Of a stretch of DNA of 29,114 bases, positions 9,526-18,095 are shown piece by piece. Under the pieces are notes generated by a model. The model made no database searches and had not been told where the DNA came from. It saw nothing but the letters and a program-made list of their open reading frames with translations. Location of the stretch: the IMG/VR virus record IMGVR_UViG_2526164597_000011; one strand, written 5' to 3'. Origin of the DNA: a virus (Duplodnaviria; Heunggongvirae; Uroviricota; Caudoviricetes). The translations under genes were made by a program, and so were the position numbers. How positions within the stretch are numbered: the stretch's first letter is position 1; every line of letters begins with the position of its first letter.

Positions 9526-9719
9526 CCGACGCCATTCATGGCCATATCAATGATTTTCTGGTGCGTACCGGGCTGAGAGGCGGTGTAAGTGAACTGTAGT
9601 TGCCATGTTTTACGGCAATGAGAGCAGAGATAGCGCTGATGTCCGGCAGTGCTTTTGCCGTTACGCACCACGCCTTCAGTAGCGGAGCAGGAAGGACATC
9701 TGATGGAAATGGAAGCCAC
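9444..9719 (-). CDS. insA: IS1 InsA (DNA-binding transposition inhibitor, N-terminal part of InsAB' transposase)
   Basis: 91 aa, [40 protein letters not shown]…; Cys4 zinc finger plus HTH. The A6C slippery site (TTAAAAAACTC) lies at the insA/insB overlap. Confidence 0.95.
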   Translation of the reverse strand: MASISIRCPSCSATEGVVRNGKSTAGHQRYLCSHCRKTWQLQFTYTASQPGTHQKIIDMAMNGVGCRASARIMGVGLNTVLRHLKNSGRSR

Positions 9720-9952
9720 GCAAGCACCTTAAAATCACCATCATACACTAAATCAGTAAGTTGGCAGCATTACCACTTTTGTAAAGAAAAACACACGAAT
9801 GAAACAATAGCTTTATTTATTAATAAAACGTGTCATTCTGTCTAATGACCTTTTATCTTACCCTTAAGATTTCAAGGATTTTGACTCATGGAAGAGTCCT
9901 TTTTATTTAAATTTCACATTCAGCGCTAAAAATAATCCGATTTAATATTAAT

Positions 9953-10976
<1,024 letters not shown>

Positions 10977-10980
<4 letters not shown>

Positions 10981-11288
10981 AGATATTTATGATGAGGACG
11001 CTCGTGCTTATTGGCAGGATTTTCAATCTTAAAGGAGTACTGATGCTGCAGATAAGACTCAACTTTTTCTGACAATTTTTCTGCTACTTCCAGGAAGACT
11101 TGCCGGACGCTCATTCTGGCTGCTGCCTCATAAAACTCCAGCGCAGCTCCTTCAACACGGTCCATGGCGACATCCAGGCCAAAAATTTCACCGTCAAAGC
11201 GTTCTTTGTCCTGTAAGGCTACAGTTACCGTAACTTTATTCTCAAAATTACGGACTCCTTTCACAACCAGTTCATAGTATTGAGTCAT
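10977..11288 (-). CDS. YdfR-like (DUF1327-type) protein between holin and endolysin
   Basis: 103-aa ORF tightly packed between the pinholin stop and the endolysin start (4-nt overlaps). Soluble acidic protein. Size and position match the ydfR gene of Qin-type lysis cassettes (from memory). Confidence 0.5.
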
Positions 11289-11292
11289 TGGA

Positions 11293-11508
11293 TTACTCTC
11301 CTCTCGCAGCCTTACGCCTGTCTTCTTTAATCTTGAAATAAAGATTTGTCAGGTACGTCAGCAGGCCAAATACCAGGCTACCCAGCACACCTATTGCTGC
11401 CCACTGTGAGGGCGTGACTTTATCGAGCAGCTGTAAAAACCAGTAGCCAGCACTGCCTGCGGAGGTGCCGTAGGCAATGCCTGTTGAAATTTTGTCCATG
11501 GATTTCAT
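11293..11508 (-). CDS. Class II holin (phage 21 S21-type pinholin) with dual-start motif
   Basis: [71 protein letters not shown] is near-identical to the S21 sequence as remembered. Met1-Lys-Ser-Met4 gives the antiholin/holin dual start. GGAGGTGAGG RBS upstream. Confidence 0.85.
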   Translation of the reverse strand: MKSMDKISTGIAYGTSAGSAGYWFLQLLDKVTPSQWAAIGVLGSLVFGLLTYLTNLYFKIKEDRRKAARGE

Positions 11509-11610
11509 AGCCTCACCTCCGCACGGAACGGATGGCATAGTTATTATGTGTAGGCTTCCAGACACATCAATCAGAGCCTTAATTGATATATATGCTGGAG
11601 ACGATGCAAT

Positions 11611-11634
11611 ATAAAAAGCTCGCCGTAGCGAGCT
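11611..11634 (-). terminator. Putative rho-independent terminator downstream of the lipoprotein cargo genes
   Basis: Minus-strand hairpin AGCTCGC-TACG-GCGAGCT followed by TTTTTAT (plus strand ataaaaagctcgccgtagcgagct). Confidence 0.4.
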
Positions 11635-11759
11635 AATAAAATGTATTTCTCTGATATTATGTTTATTTGTATTAGCTCAGACTTGACATCACAGGTTTCG
11701 TATATAGAACATCATCAAATCTGTCAGTTTGCTATGAATGAGATATAGTAATTGAAGAG

Positions 11760-12155
11760 CTAACCTCGCATGTCAAAGCCAGATTTCTGAAAATCTCTGT
11801 AGACTTCCGGATTGTTGAAGGCCGGAAATTTGGCTTTATGAGCTGCGGACTTTATCGCTTCGCAATAGGCTTTATCACCGTTACTGGTAGATATTTTTAA
11901 CGCCGTGCCATCCTGAGAGAATTCCATATGCAACCTGCATTTTTTCCCTTTCCAGTTATGCGGCTCATCAAGTTTGGCATTAATTGCAGCTCTGATTCCC
12001 CGCGCTTGCGCCCCCCATTCATCCTGATCATCCCAGCGTCCTGAACTGCAACTACCTGTAGCAGTAGTTTTGTGGCAATCTGAAGGGTGTAAAGGTGTGC
12101 ATCCCGCAACAAAACCGACCCAAAAAGTCAACATAACGATTTTCTTTAATCCCAC
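11760..12155 (-). CDS. Lipoprotein with TolA domain-III-like C-terminal domain (paralog 2)
   Basis: Signal peptide plus lipobox (FVAGC, Thr at +2). C-terminal region KKCRLHMEFSQDGTALKISTSNGDKAYCEAIKSAAHKAKFPAFNNPEVYRDFQKSGFDM aligns with the cargo paralog at 12306-12734 and with the E. coli TolA C-terminal domain as remembered. Confidence 0.6.
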   Translation of the reverse strand: MGLKKIVMLTFWVGFVAGCTPLHPSDCHKTTATGSCSSGRWDDQDEWGAQARGIRAAINAKLDEPHNWKGKKCRLHMEFSQDGTALKISTSNGDKAYCEAIKSAAHKAKFPAFNNPEVYRDFQKSGFDMRG

Positions 12156-12305
12156 TTCTTGCTCCTCAATCCATTAAAATCTCAGCAATAGTAGTTGTTA
12201 CGTCCGCCACTGGCTCAGAGCTGACTATCCGCTAAATTTAGCTCAGTGCCGTAGTTGTGTCAGAACAAACCTAAGCCGAAACCGTTTATTACAAAACAAT
12301 AAATA

Positions 12306-12734
12306 TCAGGGTTTAAAATCCAGCACCCCATTTTGAAATACTTTATATACTTCCGGCGAAGGGGGGGCAGGTATATCAGCATTCTTTATCGCATTCATCG
12401 CTTCACGACATAAATCGAGGTCTCCACTTTCTCTTTTAACCTCCAGTAGAAGGCCATTCGGGGCCATATGCATTCTCAGTGTACACTCTTTTCCTGAATA
12501 CTTACTCGCATCCCCGAACTGTTTTTCGATGGCGCTCTTGATTTGATGGGCATACAGACGGATATCCTCACTAACATCAGAAGTACGTTCAGATGAACTC
12601 ACATACTGTGTCTCTATTGCTTTATCGGAGTAATATGATGTACGGTCATGATAATTTGTCGATACAGCATCAGTGCACCCGATAATAATCCCACTAATAA
12701 TCAACGTAAGAATTGATGCGCTACGAAAACCCAT
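12306..12734 (-). CDS. Lipoprotein with TolA domain-III-like C-terminal domain (paralog 1)
   Basis: Signal peptide plus lipobox (IIGC, Thr at +2). C-terminus QIKSAIEKQFGDASKYSGKECTLRMHMAPNGLLLEVKRESGDLDLCREAMNAIKNADIPAPPSPEVYKVFQNGVLDFKP closely parallels the TolA C-terminus (…QIKSAIESKFYDASSYAGKTCTLRIKLAPDGMLLDIKPEGGDPALCQAALAAAKLAKIPKPPSQAVYEVFKNAPLDFKP, from memory). Confidence 0.65.
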   Translation of the reverse strand: MGFRSASILTLIISGIIIGCTDAVSTNYHDRTSYYSDKAIETQYVSSSERTSDVSEDIRLYAHQIKSAIEKQFGDASKYSGKECTLRMHMAPNGLLLEVKRESGDLDLCREAMNAIKNADIPAPPSPEVYKVFQNGVLDFKP

Positions 12735-12851
12735 TTTTCCTCACATATGTCATATAGTAAAGGATTATATATACCGTTGTTTTGGACGCTCAAACAGCGA
12801 ATCAGATCAAATAAAACGCACATTTGTTAACATTTACACAAAGTCTGCGTG

Positions 12852-12872
12852 GGATATTCTGAAAGAATATCC
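12852..12872. promoter_or_regulatory. Perfect 21-bp palindrome (candidate operator) upstream of the lipoprotein cargo gene
   Basis: GGATATTCT-GAA-AGAATATCC, 9-bp arms with a 3-nt spacer, ~120 bp upstream of the lipoprotein start at 12734 in an AT-rich promoter-like region. Confidence 0.3.
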
Positions 12873-13267
12873 ATAATGTGGAGAGAATCTATTGAAGTGC
12901 ATGGTGCCGGGTGCCTCCCGGTGAATTCAGTACCAGCACCTGAATCCGCGATTATCCCATATACCTACTCGCTGATTGCCCCTCCGCACAGGGGGATTCA
13001 CCATGCCAGTTTCTTTTAACAAACTCCCCGCAAACCAGAGAACAGTCAACCGCCTGAATTGTGAAGTATTTAAAAATTTCTCCCGCTAACTGATACCCGG
13101 CTAACAGTCTGGCGTTTTCTTTTTCAGCAACGGGAAAGCAACAACCACCACACCCGCCACCAGCACACCGTCAGCCAGCACTGACATTATCCGGCTGCTG
13201 CAATGCCATTCACAAAAACAGTAAGCAATCACTTTTTACCGTAACAGGTGATAATCCAGATATGTAT

Positions 13268-13621
13268 CTACCCCAGATGAGTAATCCGAAGTTCATCCAT
13301 ACCACAGGTCCTGGCTATTCTGTTGTACTCCTGAACAAGAGCAAATAATTCTGAATTAGCAACCATGAACTCATCGCAAACCCTCTGTATAGCATCACTA
13401 TTCAGAATAATAACGTCTCTTCCCGAAAGACGATCAGGAGCACAGAACAAAACTGTCAAACGGCTGAAGGCCTTTGCTCGTGCTGCATTGACTATATCAA
13501 TACGCTGCCTAAGGATGAAACACCCCGACGCCTCATCAATATTCACTCTACCCACACCATATGAATGATAAATATTTAATGCTGAAAAAACCATTAGACC
13601 GTATAACAAACACTCAATCAA
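13268..13621 (-). CDS. Hypothetical protein (possible gene remnant) between tRNAs and lipoprotein cargo
   Basis: 117-aa ORF with no recognisable motifs, followed by ~390 bp of non-coding sequence (12880-13267) without ORFs. May be a truncated cargo gene. Confidence 0.3.
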   Translation of the reverse strand: MIECLLYGLMVFSALNIYHSYGVGRVNIDEASGCFILRQRIDIVNAARAKAFSRLTVLFCAPDRLSGRDVIILNSDAIQRVCDEFMVANSELFALVQEYNRIARTCGMDELRITHLG

Positions 13622-13731
13622 TACTTAACAGAACTTTTATTTTTGACAAACATATTATGTTTTCAACAATATCCTGAGCCAGGTATATTCCAGTATAAGG
13701 CTCTGCCGGAAGGAATCTGGAAGAATGAATA

Positions 13732-13808
13732 TGGCGCGCTGTACTGGATTCGAACCAGTGACCGATTGCTTAGAAGGCAATTGCTCTGTCCGGCTGAGCT
13801 AACAACGC
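13732..13808 (-). tRNA. tRNA-Arg (anticodon UCU), phage-borne argN/argO-like
   Basis: Minus-strand sequence GCGTTGTTAGCTCAGCCGGACAGAGCAATTGCCTTCTAAGCAATCGGTCACTGGTTCGAATCCAGTACAGCGCGCCA. 7-bp acceptor stem (one G-U pair), anticodon loop CT-TCT-AA, T-loop GGTTCGAATCC, encoded CCA end. Confidence 0.85.
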
Positions 13809-13908
13809 TGAATACCGATAATGGACCGCCATCGGGGACCCGCCCCCGCACCAACAACCCTGTTATCGTGTCGTCTGCTCTTCCTGATAAGCTAATGGCG
13901 GTTTGTGA

Positions 13909-13984
13909 TGGTGGCCCTTGCTGGATTTGAACCAGCGACCTGGCGATTATGAGTCGCTCGCTCTCACCACTGAGCTAAAGGGCC
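13909..13984 (-). tRNA. tRNA-Ile2 (anticodon CAU, lysidine-type; ileX/ileZ-like)
   Basis: Minus-strand sequence GGCCCTTTAGCTCAGTGGTGAGAGCGAGCGACTCATAATCGCCAGGTCGCTGGTTCAAATCCAGCAAGGGCCACCA, near-identical to E. coli tRNA-Ile2 as remembered. Anticodon loop CT-CAT-AA, encoded CCA end. Confidence 0.85.
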
Positions 13985-14030
13985 GGGAGCAGAATAATAA
14001 CGGTCCGTAATTAATTCCGCAATAAAAAAC

Positions 14031-14057
14031 CCGCTCGGCGGCGGGTTGTAGAAACTC
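14031..14057 (-). terminator. tR'-like rho-independent terminator downstream of the Q gene (target of Q antitermination)
   Basis: Minus-strand hairpin CCCGC-CGCCGA-GCGGG followed by TTTTTTATT, ~70-95 bp downstream of the Q stop. The interval 14058-14127 is the expected location of PR' and qut. Confidence 0.45.
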
Positions 14058-14127
14058 TTCTAACGTCAGGCATAAAAAGCCCATCATTATGACGAATTTA
14101 CCACAGATTCCGGAAAAATCAACCTTG

Positions 14128-14949
14128 TTACCTAGTTACCTTTTTTAACTGCCGCTCAGCCCATGCTTCTTCAATATCAAACCGGGTCACCAGCGCATCA
14201 TAGAATTTCTTAACTGTTTTTTCCCATGACGCGCGTGTTATCTGGTTTGTCACCTCGCATATAGCATTAAATGCCTCCGTTGATGGTAGTCTTTCATAGC
14301 CACGACCACCACAACGCTGGCAGTCTCTGACAACAGGCATACCACGTTTTACCGACTCTTCACGATGAATGGCGACACCACGCCCACGGCAATCCTTACA
14401 GGCGGTGGAAACCTCACCCTTTCCGCCACACTCCGGACAGGCAACTTTTACCACCTCCCTGACTTTTTTCCATTCTTCCCAGTAAGACGGATACACACCT
14501 TTCGTACACTTTGCCCATACCGGCGGCTTACCATCCGGATACTGGACCTTGTTTGTAAAAACTATGCTTTCAATAAATTTTTCCCCATAGCAACAAGGGC
14601 ACTGCTTTTTACTCGCTGCGCTGCGGGCATAATCCTCAAAAGCGTACGAAGCCATAATGCGCATCACTACCGGTTTTATTTCTGCCGGAAGTTTTCTCAA
14701 CGCCGCCACACGATCGCACCGACTGAGTGCATAATCTGCCAGTAATTCTGTTGCCCGCGCCCTGTCATTCATACTGATGCCCATTTTCCCCAGGAACGCA
14801 GAAAAACCCATCTCAGCCCGATTCTGTGTCATGCCCTGCGCGGCCATCACATCAGTGATACTCAGCGCATCTTTTGACGTTGAGGCCGATGCATCGGTCA
14901 GGCCAGGGGATTTTGGGGAGTAGTATTTCGGTAAATCTTCCAGTTTCAT
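14128..14949 (-). CDS. Late-gene antiterminator Q (Qin quuQ-like)
   Basis: 273-aa protein with multiple CxxC zinc-binding motifs (CPCCYGEK, CPECGGKG, CKDCRGRG, CQRCGGRG). Located just upstream of tR', the tRNAs and the lysis cassette. Confidence 0.8.
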   Translation of the reverse strand: MKLEDLPKYYSPKSPGLTDASASTSKDALSITDVMAAQGMTQNRAEMGFSAFLGKMGISMNDRARATELLADYALSRCDRVAALRKLPAEIKPVVMRIMASYAFEDYARSAASKKQCPCCYGEKFIESIVFTNKVQYPDGKPPVWAKCTKGVYPSYWEEWKKVREVVKVACPECGGKGEVSTACKDCRGRGVAIHREESVKRGMPVVRDCQRCGGRGYERLPSTEAFNAICEVTNQITRASWEKTVKKFYDALVTRFDIEEAWAERQLKKVTR

Positions 14950-14963
14950 TTTTTGACCTGCTC

Positions 14964-15320
14964 TTAATGCATTATGGGGTAAATCTTCACCCCCAGACGT
15001 CCGCCAGATACTGGCTGACCACGAACGATATTGATTTCATCAAACTGCTCATCGTCCATTAACACTCCCGCATGCGTCAGCGCATCCAGCGGTGCTTTCA
15101 GGATATTGTCCAGGTCGCGACGACGCTTATCCGGTGGCTCTGCAATCACCTTTATCGCCAGCCTTCCGGACAGGCTTAATTTCAGCCGCTGCTGGCGAAC
15201 AATAAGCGCCACAGCCCGGCGATAACGCTTTCCCTCCTCCGAGATAAAATATGTGCTGCCACGGCGTCGCCAGTAAGTGTTCACCGTCGGCGGGTAAGGT
15301 AAAACCAAATCTATGAGCAT
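14964..15320 (-). CDS. rusA: Holliday-junction resolvase RusA
   Basis: 118 aa with RusA signatures (LPYPPTVNTYW, …PDKRRRDLDNILKAPLDALTHAGVLMDDEQ…), comparable to DLP12 RusA as remembered. Confidence 0.8.
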   Translation of the reverse strand: MLIDLVLPYPPTVNTYWRRRGSTYFISEEGKRYRRAVALIVRQQRLKLSLSGRLAIKVIAEPPDKRRRDLDNILKAPLDALTHAGVLMDDEQFDEINIVRGQPVSGGRLGVKIYPIMH

Positions 15321-15332
15321 CAGTCACCTCTT

Positions 15333-16421
15333 TTACCCAAGCACGCCAGTTGCAAAGGCGTGATCAAGAAAACGAAAAATTAAATCAACCTGAGAACCAT
15401 GCTTTTCTTCGAACGCCAGAGGATCCGCATGAAGCTCGTTGTGATGCTCCCGACACAGCGGTAGCGTGAAAATATCGTGAGATTTTGTCCCCATTCCGCC
15501 CTGACCATGACCAATCAGGTGATGGGGATCGTCGGCTGGCTTACCACAACACGCACACGGCTGTGTCTTCACCCAGCGTTTGTATTTCTCGTTAACCCAG
15601 CAGCGACGTTTAGGTCGTTTCATGAAAGATTCCGGAGACTCAGGATCAACGGCAATGCTGACCACCGTCTTTTCCTGTGGTGGGTTCTGTTGCTGGTGGG
15701 CGTGAGGCAGCGGCGCAAGATTTTTTGTGCGCTGTTTCAGTATGCTGGTGGCGGTCTGCTCTCCCGGTACGATGTCGCTTTCGCGGTACACCGAGCAGAT
15801 TTTTTCCGCTGGTAATCCCAGCGAACGACGCGATACAGCCTCAGGTAGTGCATCCACCACCTGATTGCAGACCGCCCACCAGGATAATTCAGCCAAAGAT
15901 AATTCCCGCTCCTGCGTACCGCTTATTGCGTGACGGATGACGTCAATCACCCATGCTGTCAGATTTTGTTGAGCAAGCAGCTCCAGTGATTCCGATGTCT
16001 GGTCACGCAGTTGGTTGTCGCAGTGCCAACACAACACCATTGCGCCGGTACCATAACGGTGAATGACTGTTTCAGTGTGATGGTAATCTCCATTAGGCCA
16101 CTGGCAGGATGTAACATGACGTAATAGCCAGTCAGACAATGCGCCAACGCCGCCAGCAGCACGAATCACCCGTTCGTTACTAAAAAACGGCAGCAATGTT
16201 TTGTCTTCCGCCAGCGGCTGGCCAACGGCAGGAACGACTCCGGATGGCAGATTACGCATGCTTTTTGGTTCCGGTTCCACCAGCACTCGAGGATTATGAA
16301 ATATCTGTATGGATTCACGGCCCGGCTTAAGGACCACCAGCCCAAGCTCAGGCACCAGAACAGGTCTAAGTAATACCCGCACGTTACCTCCAGATCCGTT
16401 GCTGGAAAGTGCGGGACGCAC
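15333..16421 (-). CDS. DUF968-family prophage protein (YdfU-like) with C-terminal HNH-like Cys/His motif
   Basis: C-terminus …RRCWVNEKYKRWVKTQPCACCGKPADDPHHLIGHGQGGMGTKSHDIFTLPLCREHHNELH… Start uncertain: track GTG/TTG at 16421, possible internal Met at 16259. Confidence 0.55.
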   Translation of the reverse strand: MRPALSSNGSGGNVRVLLRPVLVPELGLVVLKPGRESIQIFHNPRVLVEPEPKSMRNLPSGVVPAVGQPLAEDKTLLPFFSNERVIRAAGGVGALSDWLLRHVTSCQWPNGDYHHTETVIHRYGTGAMVLCWHCDNQLRDQTSESLELLAQQNLTAWVIDVIRHAISGTQERELSLAELSWWAVCNQVVDALPEAVSRRSLGLPAEKICSVYRESDIVPGEQTATSILKQRTKNLAPLPHAHQQQNPPQEKTVVSIAVDPESPESFMKRPKRRCWVNEKYKRWVKTQPCACCGKPADDPHHLIGHGQGGMGTKSHDIFTLPLCREHHNELHADPLAFEEKHGSQVDLIFRFLDHAFATGVLG

Positions 16422-16662
16422 GTGGTGGGCGTTCGGAGTAAGGCAATCTGACTGAGATTATCCAGTGACGGTAGTCGAGACTAAGGGCTTTCTTAACCTC
16501 GTATCCGCGCCTGCGGTAACACTGAATTATCCATTCAGCCTGCTCTTCAGTGCATGGAGGGTGTTGGAACCATTCAGACTTGAATGCGTGAGAATACCGC
16601 TCGTGCGTGCAGGCAAGAACGGGCGAATTATCAGAATTGTAATATTTTACGTTGCGTGCCAT
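16384..16662 (-). CDS. Hypothetical small protein (nin-region-like)
   Basis: 92-aa ORF starting with ATG, overlapping the putative 5' end of the DUF968 gene by 38 nt. No motif recognised. Confidence 0.35.
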   Translation of the reverse strand: MARNVKYYNSDNSPVLACTHERYSHAFKSEWFQHPPCTEEQAEWIIQCYRRRGYEVKKALSLDYRHWIISVRLPYSERPPRASRTFQQRIWR

Positions 16663-16728
16663 CGGTTTTCTCCGGTGGCACGGTGTTACTCAGCGGGAGT
16701 TCAGCCCCGCGCAAGATTGTAGATGAGT

Positions 16729-16980
16729 TTATTCTTCTGCAAAAGCTGAAAAGCCTGCTTTTATTCCGATCTCTTTCAGTGCCTGTAATGAAGTGACAAA
16801 CTCACCTTCGCGCAAGATAAATCCGTCTGTCACTCGACCATCCACAAAATTAATTAACGCAGCCCCATTCTTTCGCAAACACATAATGCGGTAATGACTA
16901 ACAAGATTTCCATTTTCAACGCACACCGCATAGAGGCCATCTTCACAAAAAATTTTACGCAGTTCTTCGATGTTCATCAT
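16729..16980 (-). CDS. rem: Rem-like small prophage protein
   Basis: 83 aa, MMNIEELRKIFCEDGLYAVCVENGNLVSHYRIMCLRKNGAALINF…; matches Qin rem as remembered, and sits next to hokD. Confidence 0.5.
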   Translation of the reverse strand: MMNIEELRKIFCEDGLYAVCVENGNLVSHYRIMCLRKNGAALINFVDGRVTDGFILREGEFVTSLQALKEIGIKAGFSAFAEE

Positions 16981-17107
16981 CAGAATCCTTCCGGATAATT
17001 AGCTCTCCCCTTTAAGGGACCATCCCTCTTATCCCTGCGCGCTACTTAAGTATTTTTGATTCTATTCCGGCACCGTCCAGAACTTCAAACGCGTTGAAAA
17101 TAAAAAC

Positions 17108-17130
17108 AAAAACCCGCCGAAGCGGGTTAA
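17108..17130 (-). terminator. Putative rho-independent terminator at the hokD 3' end
   Basis: Hairpin AACCCGC-TTCG-GCGGGTT followed on the minus strand by TTTTGTTTTT (plus strand aaaaacaaaaacccgccgaagcgggtt). Confidence 0.35.
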
Positions 17131-17196
17131 GTGCGGGTGCGTTGAGGATGCCTGCCACATCAGAGGTGGCGAGGGATTTCTCCCTCGCCGGGTCTC

Positions 17197-17352
17197 TTAC
17201 TCCTCAGGTTCGTAAGCTGTGAAGACAGCGACCTCCGTCTGCCCGGTTCGGATTCGTACCTCGCAGAGGTCTTTCCTCGTTACCAGTGCCGTCACTATGA
17301 CGGTTAAACAGATGACGATCAGGGCGATTAACATCGCCTTTTGCTGCTTCAT
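17197..17352 (-). CDS. hokD: Hok/Gef-family membrane toxin HokD (RelF)
   Basis: MKQQKAMLIALIVICLTVIVTALVTRKDLCEVRIRTGQTEVAVFTAYEPEE, 51 aa, matches HokD as remembered. ATG at 17350-17352; the track ORF is extended upstream in frame. Confidence 0.85.
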   Translation of the reverse strand: MKQQKAMLIALIVICLTVIVTALVTRKDLCEVRIRTGQTEVAVFTAYEPEE

Positions 17353-18095
17353 AGCCTGCTTCTCCTTGCCTTTCGGCACGTAAGAGGCTAACCTACATGT
17401 GTCTAGCATGAAATTGGCCTCAGATTAATGTTAAGCGTCTTGCAGGACGCGTAATGTTAACTGGGGCTTTTCTCTATCTGCCGTTGGTGTTCATGCCCGA
17501 GGCAGATAGCCTCAAGCACCCGCAGCCATTCTACTTAACTACCGTTACCTCGCCAATGTGAAATCAGTCAGAAAGGCGATCCATAAGAACAATAGCAAGA
17601 CAATAAATCGCCATTACAGCCGTAATAGCCAGCGCACATTTGAGAACCAGCACCACAACCTCCTGTATTGGACGTACACCAGTCCTGATGAATATGAGGC
17701 TGTCTCGTCAGTGATTCAATACAACTATTGGGTATAGTTTCTCTGATTTTTTCTGTGGAAATGGGGCTCAACCACTAGTCATTTAATACGCAAAGTCCGA
17801 CACAAGCTAACCTTCTAGTCCGCTTTGAGCGAGGAGTGGACCTTGTTATGCTCACGGCCAGAAAGCGCTATGTAAGTTTGGGGTGAGTTTGGTTATGCTG
17901 TATTCCTGCCATAGTCGTTACTCCAGTTAACAGTGTGGTCAGATGCCCTATAGTATCACGAGCACTATAGGGCGTTGTCTTATGATCCAACTGCATGATG
18001 AGCTTAGGCTATTGGATTAAAGAACTAGTTAGAACTGAATTAAAGACAAAGGGAATCACTCCTAAAGGCCAATTATTCATTGAAAAGGAATTGGT

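Larger units (their letters stand above)
9007..9774 (-). mobile_element. IS1: IS1 insertion sequence, complete (768 bp), with 9-bp target-site duplication
   Basis: Terminal inverted repeats GGTAATGCTGCCAACTTACTGAT… at 9774 and GGTAATGACTCCAACTTA… at 9007. Encodes insA and insB. Flanked by identical ACTTTTGTA at 8998-9006 and 9775-9783. Confidence 0.95.

Noticed and set aside
9536-9845. 70- and 81-aa ORFs inside and antisense to IS1 copy 1 (and their mirror images at 28240-28600 in copy 2)
   Set aside because: They recur identically only because the two IS1 copies are identical. IS1 is known to encode only insA and insB/insAB'.
11760-13621. Shiga toxin (stxAB) or another AB5 toxin at the Q-tRNA-lysis cargo locus
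   Set aside because: No ORF of appropriate size or sequence is present. The locus instead holds the TolA-III-like lipoprotein pair and a 117-aa ORF.
14031-14057. Reading the hairpin downstream of Q as a tRNA or an attachment site
   Set aside because: The hairpin is followed by a U-run on the minus strand and lies where tR' is expected. The real tRNAs are further downstream with full cloverleaf features.
17197-17409. The 70-aa track ORF read as an extended HokD or as a mok reading frame
   Set aside because: The upstream extension is in frame with hok and starts at a non-ATG codon. True mok frames overlap hok out of frame. The 51-aa HokD from the ATG at 17352 is the supported product.
17568-17771. 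67-aa Gly/Cys-rich minus-strand ORF that could be read as a microcin-like peptide
   Set aside because: It starts only at a TTG with no RBS, has a single internal Met, and its composition is explained by the local sequence rather than a conserved peptide. Kept only as a remote possibility within the orphan-gene finding.
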